A stretch of 36,060 bases of DNA from a virus (IMGVR_UViG_3300012232_000437:1-36060); one strand, 5' to 3'. Shown: positions 8,083-17,270, counted from the stretch's first letter. The notes: generated by a model from the letters alone, not told the origin. Made by a program: numbers and translations.

Positions 8083-8559
8083 CTACGACTCGCGCTCGGC
8101 GTGTGATTTTGTATTGGCTTCGCCGCGTCTCCCCGGACGCCGTGTCGCCTCGCGCAACAGCTCGTCCAGCTTCTGCACATCGGCGGCGTTGAGCAACCGG
8201 ATACGCTGCAGCCGCGCCACTTCCTCAGGCTCCAACGAGACGACCAGATGTGGCGGGGCGTCTGCGAGCAGGCGCAGGGCGCTGATGCGACGGTCCTTGC
8301 CGCTGCGGCGTGGTGTCCCCTTGCTCCGTCGCTCGGTGAGCGGAGTGATCCCGGGCTGCAATAGCTGATACGTCGCGATGCCGAAGAAGTCTGCAATGCG
8401 ATCGAAGTATTGCATCGGAAATTCGCGCCGGTCCTCCCGCATGATCTTGCTGATCCAACTCTCGGTGCGCCGACACCACTGAGCGAGGTCCTTGCGCGTT
8501 TGTCCGCGCGCTCGCAACAGCGCGTCGATGTTGGACTTCATTAGCGAATTCGCCCGCAT
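8083..8559 (-). CDS. CI-like phage repressor (XRE HTH)
   Basis: GQTRKDLAQWCRRTESWISKIM...FDRIADFFGIATYQLL; divergent from a Cro-like gene; start uncertain (8559 or 8541). Confidence 0.8.
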   Translation of the reverse strand: MRANSLMKSNIDALLRARGQTRKDLAQWCRRTESWISKIMREDRREFPMQYFDRIADFFGIATYQLLQPGITPLTERRSKGTPRRSGKDRRISALRLLADAPPHLVVSLEPEEVARLQRIRLLNAADVQKLDELLREATRRPGRRGEANTKSHAERES

Positions 8560-8631
8560 ACGCCTGCCAAGTTCTATCACCAGATCGCATGGCACACTGG
8601 CAAGTCATTTGTAGATTGTATTGATTCTTAG

Positions 8632-8649
8632 CTTGACACGGGTGTCAAG
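8632..8649. promoter_or_regulatory. Palindromic operator candidate in the CI/Cro gap
   Basis: CTTGACAC-GG-GTGTCAAG, perfect 8-bp inverted repeat containing TTGACA on both strands. Confidence 0.65.
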
Positions 8650-8668
8650 TGCTGTTTGACTAGGCAGC

Positions 8669-8926
8669 GTGAAGAACGGACCAGAACAACTCAAAGACTG
8701 GATGCACCGGCGCCGGTTCATGCAAATGGAAATGGCTGACTATCTGGGCTGGGATGAGACGTACGTCTCGCGCATCCTGACCGGCGCCCGCGTCCCCGGA
8801 CTGGACAACGCCATCCACTTGGAACGCAAGACCGGGATCCCTGTGGAGGTCTGGGCGTCCAGTGAACTTGACAACGACGAAGTCGCCGCTGTGGCAACCG
8901 GCCGTAAACCCCGATTGTCCAAGTAG
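8669..8926 (+). CDS. Cro-like HTH regulator
   Basis: QMEMADYLGWDETYVSRILTGARVPGLDNAIHLERKTGIPVEVW. Confidence 0.85.
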   Translation: MKNGPEQLKDWMHRRRFMQMEMADYLGWDETYVSRILTGARVPGLDNAIHLERKTGIPVEVWASSELDNDEVAAVATGRKPRLSK

Positions 8927-9063
8927 TCAACCGCCATGTCATTTGGTTATCATAATCCATCGTATGTGACGCACGGCGGCTTGCAAAGCTGTCAAGTCGA
9001 AGCGGCTAGCGTTCATGACCGGCCCGCATTCTCTCACAACTCGGCATCAGCGGGGTCGCGGGC

Positions 9064-9390
9064 ATGACGGTCTTTACTCCCGCATTCGTCGTAGCCCTTC
9101 AGCGGCAACTCGAATCGAGTCCACCGCCTGAAGAATCGCCCGCACGCAATTTTCTCGGCGAAGCGCGGGCGATTCTCGAAGACGTGCCCCCTGCGGGCTG
9201 TGTGTCGCGGGTGAGCCCGGAGCGTGCCCATCTGCTCGCGCTGTCCGAGCACTACCTCGAACTCCTGCACGAATTGACGACACACATCCGGGAGGTGAAA
9301 GCGGGCGTGGCGGCGCGGGGTCACTTGGTGAGAACCGTGACGGCGGGAAGGGCAATGCAGGCGCCGGGCGGGGAGTCGGGTCGCTCATGA
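9064..9390 (+). CDS. Hypothetical protein
   Basis: 108 aa, ATGA coupling to next gene. Confidence 0.55.
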   Translation: MTVFTPAFVVALQRQLESSPPPEESPARNFLGEARAILEDVPPAGCVSRVSPERAHLLALSEHYLELLHELTTHIREVKAGVAARGHLVRTVTAGRAMQAPGGESGRS

Positions 9391-9728
9391 GCAACAGCAT
9401 GCGTCGCCGCGCGAGTGATCGGGAAGGTGACGCACCGCACCCCTTGCGCGCGTCTGCGCAGGGCGGCACGGGTGAACTTTTCCCCCTCGAGCTCCAGATG
9501 GCAAAGGCGCAGTTGGGCGGCGCGATCAAGTCCGCGCTGGTGCGCACCGATTCGCCGATGAAGGAATTCGGCACACCGGCAGTCGTTGAGCGCATGTGTC
9601 GCGGAGAGCTCTCCGACGTGCTTGGGCGGATCTGGGCACGGGCGGACACGCGCGAAGAGTTCGTGGAGGCGCTGGTGAAGGCGTCCGGTCTTTACGTGGT
9701 CGAACGGCAGATACGGAGGCGCGCGTGA
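9387..9728 (+). CDS. Hypothetical protein in CII-like position
   Basis: 113 aa, translationally coupled, GGGGAG RBS. Confidence 0.6.
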   Translation: MSNSMRRRASDREGDAPHPLRASAQGGTGELFPLELQMAKAQLGGAIKSALVRTDSPMKEFGTPAVVERMCRGELSDVLGRIWARADTREEFVEALVKASGLYVVERQIRRRA

Positions 9729-9865
9729 TGGCGAACATCGTTCTGATCGTGGGCTGTGTCGTGGCTGGTGTGTGCAGCGGGTTGGCGCTGGCGATTGCGA
9801 TCTGGTGCCACAAGCGCAAGCCGTTCACGGACGACTACGAGTGGACATCCGAGCGCGGGTTTTAG
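9728..9865 (+). CDS. Small membrane peptide
   Basis: MANIVLIVGCVVAGVCSGLALAIAIW..; TGATG overlap. Confidence 0.5.
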   Translation: MANIVLIVGCVVAGVCSGLALAIAIWCHKRKPFTDDYEWTSERGF

Positions 9866-9877
9866 GACGGAGGAGTG

Positions 9878-10066
9878 ATGGCGAAGAAGAGCCAGATCGA
9901 TTTAGCGATCGAGCAGTTGGAAGCGAAGCGGACGACGGCGAGCGTGAAGTTCCTCGCCGGAGACGAAGCGTTGCAGGCCGCGATCGCTGCGCTGCGACAT
10001 CAAAACGTCAAGCGCACGCGGAAGCCGAAGGCGGTCGCCGGCCCGGTGTCGGGGGCGCCTGCGTAA
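9878..10066 (+). CDS. Small basic protein
   Basis: GGAGGAG RBS; 62 aa. Confidence 0.65.
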   Translation: MAKKSQIDLAIEQLEAKRTTASVKFLAGDEALQAAIAALRHQNVKRTRKPKAVAGPVSGAPA

Positions 10067-10141
10067 CAACAATTCGGGCCGCAATGCTGTCGTAAATCAG
10101 CACGCGGCCCAATGAACCCGACGCGTGGAGGCGTCGAACTC

Positions 10142-10927
10142 ATGCCCCCAATGATAGCAGACCAGAAAGACCTTGAGGCGCGAATGGACACGCCGGATCG
10201 TCCCGACGACAGCCGTACCGCGTCGGCGTTGGTGCCCAGCTCCACCGTCTCCATGTTCGAGCGGCTGGCGTGCGATCCGCGCGTCGATGTAGAGAAGCTC
10301 GAACGGTTGATCGGGATGCAGGAGCGGATCCTCGCGCATCAGGCGAAGGCTGCCTTCGATGCCGACTTCGCGCGGATGCAAGGCGACCTCCCGATCGTCG
10401 CGGAGAAGGGCACCACCAACAACGGCCGCTACGCGCGCCTCGAAGACATCATCGCAGCCGTGCGGCCAGTGCTCGCGAAGCACGGCTTCTCGCTGAGCCA
10501 CACGTCACAGTGGCCGTCAGATAAGGCCGTCGTGCGCATCGTCGGCATCCTCGCGCACCGCGACGGGCACGAGAAGCGGTCAGAGTTCCTGACCGGCCCG
10601 GATGCGTCCGGCAATAAGAACGGGATCCAGGGGCTCGGCTCCGCGCTCTCCTATGGGCGCCGCTACACGACGTTGGATCTACTCGGCATCGCCTCCAGTG
10701 CCGACGAGGACGACGGGCGGGCAGCTGGGAAGACCGCTCCGCCCGTCGCACCGAAGGGATACGACGAGTGGATGGACAACCTCTCGGCCGTCGCCGACGA
10801 AGGTTTCAAGCGACTCCAGGACACCTACAACCAGTCCCGCGCGGAGTTCCGCGAGTACCTCTCCAAGTACGAGAACCCGAAGATCGAGGCGCTGAAGGCG
10901 AAGGCGCGCCGGGTGGCGGCGTCATGA
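10142..10927 (+). CDS. erf: ERF-family single-strand annealing protein
   Basis: YARLEDII, HRDGH, QGLGSALSYGRRYTTLDLLGI..EDDDG. Confidence 0.92.
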   Translation: MPPMIADQKDLEARMDTPDRPDDSRTASALVPSSTVSMFERLACDPRVDVEKLERLIGMQERILAHQAKAAFDADFARMQGDLPIVAEKGTTNNGRYARLEDIIAAVRPVLAKHGFSLSHTSQWPSDKAVVRIVGILAHRDGHEKRSEFLTGPDASGNKNGIQGLGSALSYGRRYTTLDLLGIASSADEDDGRAAGKTAPPVAPKGYDEWMDNLSAVADEGFKRLQDTYNQSRAEFREYLSKYENPKIEALKAKARRVAAS

Positions 10928-11598
10928 GAGTCCTTGATATTCAGCAGCGGTCGCCCGAGTGGTGCGGCGCGCACGTCGGCCGCCTGACTGGTTCGTGTGC
11001 CGCGGCGCTGATCGCGGAGCGCAAGCGCGGCACGGGTGAACTTGAAGTGCGGACCAAGCTCCGGCGGCGTCTCGTCGCTGAGCGGCTGACCGGCTGCTTC
11101 GCCGACGAGGTCGGGCCGTATCTCCCGTGGGCCATGCAGCGCGGCGTGGATCTTGAGCCGCAAGCGTTCGCCGCCTACGAGGCCGTGACGGGCACGCTCG
11201 TCGAGCGCGTCGGCTTCGTCGAGCATGACGAGCTGATGGTGGGCTGTTCGCCGGACGGCGTCGTGAACGATTACGAGGGCATCATCGAACTCAAGTGCCC
11301 GAACTTCACCACGCACCTGGAGTACTGGCAGGCCGGCGGCGTGCCGCTGGACTACTGGCCGCAAGTCATTCACAACCTCTTTGTCACCGGCGCGCTGTGG
11401 TGCGACTTCGTCAGCTTCGACGACCGCTATAAGGATCCGGCGCTGCAATTGTTCCGCGTGCGCGTCGAGCGGTCAGCGGTGGACCTCGTCGCCTACGAGG
11501 ACCGGCTGAGGACGTTTCTCGCGGAAGTGGATCGGGATTACTCCATCGCCATCGGTCAACAGTGGCAACGCGCCGCGGCGGCGCTCGCGGAGGCGTGA
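10924..11598 (+). CDS. YqaJ/lambda-exonuclease family protein
   Basis: QRSPEW..GRLTGS, MQRGVDLEP, GCSPDG, IELKCP, QVIHNLFVTGALWCDFVSFD. Confidence 0.92.
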   Translation: MRVLDIQQRSPEWCGAHVGRLTGSCAAALIAERKRGTGELEVRTKLRRRLVAERLTGCFADEVGPYLPWAMQRGVDLEPQAFAAYEAVTGTLVERVGFVEHDELMVGCSPDGVVNDYEGIIELKCPNFTTHLEYWQAGGVPLDYWPQVIHNLFVTGALWCDFVSFDDRYKDPALQLFRVRVERSAVDLVAYEDRLRTFLAEVDRDYSIAIGQQWQRAAAALAEA

Positions 11599-11957
11599 TG
11601 CACAACATCTGCATCTGTGGCGCGACGTGGCAAGCCGAGCGCCACGAGGACCAGTGCGTCGAGTGCGCGAAGCGTGAAGACGCGATCTACGCGAACCGGC
11701 CCACTCGGGAACCGCTGCGGCGCCTGTTCCGCAAGCCGACTCCCGAGATGAACGCCCCGGCGTACGCGTTGCCTGCGCCCAGCCACGCACCGCGGATGCC
11801 GAACGGTGGGCCAGTGCTGACGTGCGCGTGTGGACACAGCGGGCAGATCGGCTTTGTCAGTAACCCCACATGGCCCAAGCCGCTGTGCGAGTCGTGCGCG
11901 CGTCGGGCGCGGGAATTTGAAATCTCGGTGCGCTTCGCGACGCGCCGTGCGTCGTGA
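11598..11957 (+). CDS. Cys-rich hypothetical protein
   Basis: Two CxC and two CxxC motifs; coupled start. Confidence 0.6.
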   Translation: MHNICICGATWQAERHEDQCVECAKREDAIYANRPTREPLRRLFRKPTPEMNAPAYALPAPSHAPRMPNGGPVLTCACGHSGQIGFVSNPTWPKPLCESCARRAREFEISVRFATRRAS

Positions 11958-12145
11958 TGCCGTCTTATCAGATCGCGGCGTTACTCCTGACGCTCTATGT
12001 GCTGGCTTGGATCGCGGAGAAGGTCGCGACAGTCCCGCCCGTGTGGAGCACGGTTCCAGAGGCGGTGACGGAGAAAGCGGTACGACAGGTGGAGCAGCGG
12101 CAGACGATCGTGACGCAGATCGGGAGGCTGCAAGATCAAAGCTAG
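11957..12145 (+). CDS. Small membrane-anchored protein
   Basis: N-terminal hydrophobic helix; TGATG overlap. Confidence 0.5.
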   Translation: MPSYQIAALLLTLYVLAWIAEKVATVPPVWSTVPEAVTEKAVRQVEQRQTIVTQIGRLQDQS

Positions 12146-12244
12146 TCACGCGCGTTCGCGTGCTCTGGCGGCTCGATCGATTGATGCGGTAAGTCGGCGG
12201 CGGCTGGTTCGTAGGCATCCCCTTTTCTTACAACTGAATCGCTT

Positions 12245-12664
12245 ATGTCGAATCCAGACTTGGATCGCAACGCGCTGCTCAAGAGCGCCATCGTACCGGC
12301 GGCCGTGTCTCGTCGTCAGCGCCGCGCCGCTGATGCGAAGGCCTTACAAGAGGCCTACGACGACGTGGACGCGCGAGACGGCGGCGTGTGCTGGGCAACG
12401 GGTCGCTACACGGTCTCCGGCGCGGTCGATGCCCGCGTGCGGCGTGAACACCACCACTTGTTTAGCCGTCAGGGGCGCCCTGAGCATCGACACGACCCAA
12501 TGCGAATCATCACCGTCGCCGCTGAAGTTCACGACCTGATCCATCGCGGCTGGCTCGTGGTGGAGGGGGCGACAGTGCGTAAGCGAATCACCTTCCATTG
12601 GGCGGAGCACGTCGCAGTGAGGCCGTTTCGGTTGGTGTCTAAACGCTGGAGCCAGAACCGATGA
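12245..12664 (+). CDS. HNH-like nuclease
   Basis: ARDGGVCWATG..EHHHLFSR..IITVAAEVHDLIH; Zn-binding Cys residues partly lost. Confidence 0.65.
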   Translation: MSNPDLDRNALLKSAIVPAAVSRRQRRAADAKALQEAYDDVDARDGGVCWATGRYTVSGAVDARVRREHHHLFSRQGRPEHRHDPMRIITVAAEVHDLIHRGWLVVEGATVRKRITFHWAEHVAVRPFRLVSKRWSQNR

Positions 12665-12882
12665 CGGCGCGCGGCACGTTCAACACGCCACACGACGCCC
12701 AACCCGACAACCTCGCGGTCGCACGCGCGGCGACCTTGTTGCGGACCGCGGCGAACGTGCTGACCTCCCAAGCCGCCGCGATGCAGGAGAAGTCCACGCG
12801 GCGACGGCGAGAAGAGCTGCGGCGCGTGTTGTCCGGTGTTGTGGCCGACGTGGAGACGGTTCGGTACGCGCTGAAGGATTGA
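12661..12882 (+). CDS. Hypothetical protein
   Basis: ATGA coupling; 73 aa. Confidence 0.55.
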   Translation: MTARGTFNTPHDAQPDNLAVARAATLLRTAANVLTSQAAAMQEKSTRRRREELRRVLSGVVADVETVRYALKD

Positions 12883-12886
12883 CGCC

Positions 12887-13063
12887 ATGACCGTCGAAGA
12901 ACTGATCGAGGAATTGCAGCGCCAGCCCAATCAGCGCGTGCCCGTGTGGTTCAAGGGCTGCACGCGAATCGGCTACGAGGGCGTCGGCGAGGAAGTGGCG
13001 GTGAGCGACGAAGTGTCCGACGTGCGCTTTGATGGCAACCGAGTCGTCTTGGAGGGCGAGTAA
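12887..13063 (+). CDS. Hypothetical protein (58 aa)
   Basis: MTVEELIEELQRQPNQRVPV.., a common phage small-protein start; TAATG coupling to next gene. Confidence 0.65.
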   Translation: MTVEELIEELQRQPNQRVPVWFKGCTRIGYEGVGEEVAVSDEVSDVRFDGNRVVLEGE

Positions 13064-13368
13064 TGGCCGAGTGTTCCTTTCCGGGCTGTCTCGGCGGCGA
13101 GTTCTGTCACGTCCACGCCAACCGCCTTGGGAAGCCGTGCCCGACGTGTCGGGGCAAGGGAGTTCGTTGGTACAGCAAGCAGAACGCGACGATGCCGTGT
13201 CTTTGGTGCGGCGGCACTGGCCTCAAGGACAGCTCGAAGCGACCGGCGAAGGCCGACGTGGTGCCGGTGGAGCAGCGCGGCATCATTCAGATTGCGGGCG
13301 AGCCAGAGCCCGGCCCTGACGCGTCAACGCTGGCGGAGTCAGAAACAATCAACGAGCGCTGGAGGTAG
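13063..13368 (+). CDS. Zn-finger protein with DnaJ-type CxxCxGxG repeats
   Basis: CPTCRGKG and CLWCGGTG. Confidence 0.65.
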   Translation: MAECSFPGCLGGEFCHVHANRLGKPCPTCRGKGVRWYSKQNATMPCLWCGGTGLKDSSKRPAKADVVPVEQRGIIQIAGEPEPGPDASTLAESETINERWR

Positions 13369-13370
13369 CG

Positions 13371-13589
13371 ATGGAGTGTGACGCGGTCGAACCTGACGAG
13401 GGCACTATCCGTCGTGTCCCCGCGCGCCATGCCGAGCGCCCACTTGATCCTCCGGGCTGGTGGTTCGAAGGGCCGTATGCCCAGCGCGAAGGGTTCACTG
13501 AACGGGCGCGGAGGTTGTTCGAGTCACGGCAGATGGAGGCCTTGTCGGGGATTCAGTATCAGAACGCGGCGAAGCACAGGACGTTATGA
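13371..13589 (+). CDS. Hypothetical protein
   Basis: GGAGG RBS; ATGA coupling to next gene. Confidence 0.5.
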   Translation: MECDAVEPDEGTIRRVPARHAERPLDPPGWWFEGPYAQREGFTERARRLFESRQMEALSGIQYQNAAKHRTL

Positions 13590-13912
13590 GCAGAAAGTAT
13601 CAACACCGCAAGGATCGCAACCATGCGGCGATCGCGAAGGGCATCGAAGCGCGCGGCCAAGGATTCATCGACACCAGCCAAACCGGGCTCGGCTTCGACG
13701 GCTTGGTGACGGTGGGCTGTCCGACGTGCGGCGGCAAACTCGCGCCGGTGGAGATCAAGGATCCGAGTTCGTCTCGCGGGCTGACGTTATCACCCAAGGA
13801 AGAGAAGGTCCACGCCGCGCTGAAGGCGCACGGGATCCACATCACGATCCTGACGTGCGAGGCGGATCTGGACGTACTGGGGCGCGTGCATCAGGGGCGC
13901 CGCGAAGGGTAG
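13586..13912 (+). CDS. VRR-NUC-like PD-(D/E)xK nuclease (resolvase-like)
   Basis: RKDRNHAAI..G..GFDGLV...VEIKD...LSPKE. Confidence 0.7.
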   Translation: MSRKYQHRKDRNHAAIAKGIEARGQGFIDTSQTGLGFDGLVTVGCPTCGGKLAPVEIKDPSSSRGLTLSPKEEKVHAALKAHGIHITILTCEADLDVLGRVHQGRREG

Positions 13913-13961
13913 GCCGTGTAGGTGAGGCCGTCATGCAGTGGCGGCTGAAGTGAAGCAAGAA

Positions 13962-14170
13962 ACGTGTAGAGCCGCTTGGGCGGCTCGGTTGGTGCCCAGG
14001 GGAGTAGGGATTGACGACTTGCGTGCAGGGGCAGTGCCTGCGCCTAGTGGATGGCTCCGCTAGTTCCTCCCCGGACGAAACCCGAAAGAATTAGCGCCGC
14101 TGAGCGCAGGGCACCGACCGCAGTTATCAGCGTAACACGTAGGCCCCTCAACTGTCGCGAAATGTTGAGG
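13962..14170 (+). ncRNA. Candidate multi-stem structured RNA upstream of the replication gene
   Basis: Nested stems ACGTGT/ACACGT, CGGTTGGTGCCC/GGGCACCGACCG, GGGGAG/CTCCCC and several hairpins; mismatches read as G-U on the + strand. Confidence 0.6.
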
Positions 14171-14218
14171 TTAATCCAAAAGTCGGAGTGTCTTTACGCA
14201 TAAGTACAGAAGCAGAAA

Positions 14219-14557
14219 ATGAAGAACAGTTCTTCAGATCCAGACTTCGAGCGATTTTGGGAGAGCTACCCGCATCGGGTAGCAAAGCTGGCCGCGATGA
14301 GAGCATTCGTTAAAGCAAAAAAACGCGCGAGCCTGATCGAAATTTTGGCCGGCGTGCTGCGGTATCGGCAGCACAAGCCCGCCTACGCAGAGTGGGCGCA
14401 CCCGGCCACGTGGTTGAACGCGGGCCGTTGGATGGACGAGTACGAGGGCACCAAACCTCGCGACCGCTGGGCCTGCCCGCACGTTGATCGATGCAGCAAT
14501 CGCGAGCAGTGCGGCCACGCGACCATTCTGGGCCGACCCGTGAAGGTGCGCGCGTGA
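14219..14557 (+). CDS. Short phage replication protein (initiator C-terminal-domain type)
   Basis: FERFWESYPHRVAKLAAMRAF...HPATWLNAGRWMDE. Confidence 0.75.
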   Translation: MKNSSSDPDFERFWESYPHRVAKLAAMRAFVKAKKRASLIEILAGVLRYRQHKPAYAEWAHPATWLNAGRWMDEYEGTKPRDRWACPHVDRCSNREQCGHATILGRPVKVRA

Positions 14558-14820
14558 AGACCAAGGACTACGCCCCAACGTGCGGGAGTTGCGGCGCGAC
14601 GGCGACGAAGATGACGCGTGCTGGCCTACCGCGGTGCCAGGCCTGTTACGACCAGATTGGGATCTGCCGATTGCCGCGTGGGTGCGAGGACATCGTGGTA
14701 CGCGAGGAGCTGCCCGGCGTGCCGCGCGAGCAGGCCACGGTAATCCGGCCGGACTTCTCGGTGGCGGGGATGATGGCGAAAGACTTTAGGGCTCGAAGGG
14801 CTGGCGACGATGCCGCGTAA
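14554..14820 (+). CDS. Zn-finger hypothetical protein
   Basis: GTGA coupling; CGSC..CQAC. Confidence 0.55.
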   Translation: MKTKDYAPTCGSCGATATKMTRAGLPRCQACYDQIGICRLPRGCEDIVVREELPGVPREQATVIRPDFSVAGMMAKDFRARRAGDDAA

Positions 14821-15184
14821 GTGGGATCGCACACGTATCGGCACGCTCTGCCCGGTGTGCCAAATCAATCCGATCAAGCACCCGTGGTCGAAGACGTGCA
14901 GCCGGGCCTGTGGCGCTTACACACGCGTGGACGCCGAGCAGCGGCGCGCCTATCTCGAGCGGGCGCGGGCACGGTATCGGCAGACCTACCGCGAGCGGGT
15001 CCGCGCGTTCGTGCAGGGCGAGATCGACGCGCTCGAAGGGCTCGGCCGGCCGATCACGCGCAACGACCTCCACAAGGCGATGCTGAACGTGTATCGACGA
15101 GCGTACACCCGCGGCGTGCATTACGAATTGAATCGGTGGAAGTCGGGACTAGCTGGGTCGCGATCGGAAAAGGTCGCGGGATGA
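14810..15184 (+). CDS. Zn-finger hypothetical protein
   Basis: CPVC..CSRAC followed by a basic helix. Confidence 0.6.
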   Translation: MPRKWDRTRIGTLCPVCQINPIKHPWSKTCSRACGAYTRVDAEQRRAYLERARARYRQTYRERVRAFVQGEIDALEGLGRPITRNDLHKAMLNVYRRAYTRGVHYELNRWKSGLAGSRSEKVAG

Positions 15185-15551
15185 CGATCCAGCGAGCGAG
15201 AGGGCAGGCGTCATGAGTGAGAGAATCCCAATCACGGGCGAACAGGTAAGGGCGGGGCGCTCGTCGTTGGGCTGCTACCAGCATCTACCGACCTTCAGTG
15301 GTGGCACGACGACGTGATCGGCCACGCGAAAGAGTTGCGGTGGCTGCGCGGGCGGGTTCGGTTTCTGACTGGTGGGCCGTATCGGGCGAGCGGGTTTTTC
15401 TCGTCGGTGATTGTGATTTGGGATCTAAGGGTGAACCCATGACTGATGCCTCTTCCGCCTCTCTCGTGAGCCCACAAAGGAATTGGATACGCGCGTGGTC
15501 GGCCACTATCCACGGAGTGAGGACCGCAGGGATCTACCGCAAGGGACAGTC

Positions 15552-15710
15552 ATGGCTGATTCGGTCACGCGGATAAAGCGACGGCACCGGGTCGAAGCGA
15601 AGCGCTTGCGCGGCGAGTGTCGGTATTGCCACCGTCCGGCAGCTCCGTTCACGCGCTGCGAGAAGCACCGGCGCGAGGCGGCGTATTGGAAGGGGCAGTA
15701 CGGTCGGTGA
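15552..15710 (+). CDS. Small Zn-finger protein
   Basis: CRYC..RCEKH; coupled to next gene. Confidence 0.55.
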   Translation: MADSVTRIKRRHRVEAKRLRGECRYCHRPAAPFTRCEKHRREAAYWKGQYGR

Positions 15711-16339
15711 TGCTGCTCGTCAGCGGTGCGACCAAGGACGTGCAGGCTGCGCCACCCCAGCGCGTCGGCGTCCTATTCGTACCCAAGGACAAGAACAACT
15801 CGGAGAACGCTACAGGGCGCGTCTGTGCGGCTGATAACGGCGGGTTCAACGGGGTGCCGGTTAAGGAGTTCGTCGAGATGTTGGAGCGCCTACGGGGTAC
15901 GCCATGCCGATTCGTGACGGCCCCTGATGTCATCGCGAACGCGGGCGAGACATTGCGCCTATTCCGATTGTGGGAGCCGATGATTCATTCACTCGGGTTC
16001 CCGGTGGCTTTTGTCGCGCAGGACGGGCAGACCGTTGACGCGTTGCCATGGGATTCATGCGAGGCGGTTTTTATCGGCGGGTCAACGCGGTTCAAATTGA
16101 GCGCGGAAGCGGACACGATTCTGGCCTACGCCGTAGCGCGCGGGAAGCATCGGCACGTCGGACGCGTGAACAGTTGGCCCCGCGTGCAGCACTTCTGGGG
16201 GTTGACGGACACCATCGATGGCAGTGGATTCAGTAAGTGGCCGAAGCGAATCAAGTTGTTCCTGAAATGGGCCGAGGCTATGGACGGCAAGCAGCATCGG
16301 ACGACCATGCAGCCGGAATTGAGGTGGCGTGATGACTGA
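15710..16339 (+). CDS. TGT/DpdA-like transglycosylase-fold protein
   Basis: AADNGGF, APDVIAN, FVAQDG, VFIGGST, HVGRVNS, TIDGSG in the order expected for the TGT barrel. Confidence 0.65.
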   Translation: MLLVSGATKDVQAAPPQRVGVLFVPKDKNNSENATGRVCAADNGGFNGVPVKEFVEMLERLRGTPCRFVTAPDVIANAGETLRLFRLWEPMIHSLGFPVAFVAQDGQTVDALPWDSCEAVFIGGSTRFKLSAEADTILAYAVARGKHRHVGRVNSWPRVQHFWGLTDTIDGSGFSKWPKRIKLFLKWAEAMDGKQHRTTMQPELRWRDD

Positions 16340-16451
16340 TTGCTCGGACACCGGGACATGCGTGATTCCCATGTGGGCGCAGTGGTCAGTGCTAGTGGTT
16401 TTGCTGGCGCTGTTTGTCTGGGATGTGATTCGACGCGCGAGGCGTCTATAA
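16332..16451 (+). CDS. Small membrane peptide (39 aa)
   Basis: MTDCSDTGTCVIPMWAQWSVLVVLLALFVWDVIRRARRL; GAGG RBS. Confidence 0.5.
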   Translation: MTDCSDTGTCVIPMWAQWSVLVVLLALFVWDVIRRARRL

Positions 16452-16477
16452 ACAGTAACGGTTGACGGAGCGAACCC

Positions 16478-16702
16478 ATGACCGACGAACGCGGTGGCGC
16501 AAGTCCTTCGAGCGTAGCACTCCCGGAGTCTCGCGACTCTCACTCTTCGTCTCCTGATCCCTCTCTCGTGAGCCAGGTGGAAGCCCTGATTAAGAAATTC
16601 AGTTGGCAAGTGACGCTGCTTGAAGTGTGGTGTGCTGAGCAGGAACTAAACAACAAGAATGTCGATTTTCCGCGCGGGTGCCAGTCAGCGCGCCTGGTCT
16701 GA
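16478..16702 (+). CDS. Hypothetical protein with Ser-rich repeat leader
   Basis: GGAG RBS; contains the repeat core. Confidence 0.45.
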   Translation: MTDERGGASPSSVALPESRDSHSSSPDPSLVSQVEALIKKFSWQVTLLEVWCAEQELNNKNVDFPRGCQSARLV

Positions 16703-17000
16703 CGACGCTGGATATTCGAGTGCGCGGCCTCTATCTGGACAACCCGAGATATTGGCCGACGCCAGTGGCGCGCGACTTCAAGTATCCAGGCCGCAGCCGA
16801 AAGGAACGGACGGGATCTTCAACGGGGGAGTGCTTGCCGCAGATAGTTGGTGGCGCACTGAACCCGACGTGGGTCGAGTGGCTCATGGGGTACCCAACCG
16901 AGTGGACCGCCTTAAAGGATTGGGGAACGCGATCGTCCCGCAGATCGCGGAGTGGATCGGCCGGCGCATCCTCGAAGCCGAAAGACAAGTGACGCCATGA
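16659..17000 (+). pseudogene. C-terminal remnant of a C5 cytosine DNA methyltransferase, coded in two frames
   Basis: One frame has RLKGLGNAIVPQIAEWIG (motif X); the overlapping frame 16678-16992 has WPTP..LNPTWVEWLMGYP (motif IX-like); no FxGxG or PC motifs seen upstream. Confidence 0.75.
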
Positions 17001-17063
17001 CTGATGCCTCTTCCGCCTCTCTCGTGAGCCGCAACGAAGTGAAGGGCTTGGACGGAGACAGTG

Positions 17064-17270
17064 ATGCTGAGTGAGAAACGACGGCTCGCGTTGGTTCTGA
17101 TCGATTTGGCCTATCAAGGCCGAGATCGGTGCTCGCTTGGTTTTGGGAAGTATCCGCTTGGGATTCGCGAGGCGATTAAACATTTGTATCCGCTGGTGCC
17201 CGCTGATGATCCAGCGCTGCCCGATCTCGATAAAGCGATCTCAGCGTTCGATCTGAGGTTGGCGGAATGA
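17064..17270 (+). CDS. Hypothetical protein
   Basis: 68 aa after GGAG; ends in ATGA at a repeat copy. Confidence 0.55.
   Translation: MLSEKRRLALVLIDLAYQGRDRCSLGFGKYPLGIREAIKHLYPLVPADDPALPDLDKAISAFDLRLAE

Noticed and set aside
14005-14090. Possible hammerhead ribozyme (TTGACGA ... CGAAAC)
   Set aside because: The bases flanking the two core segments do not pair to form stem II, and no suitable stem III or cleavage triplet was found
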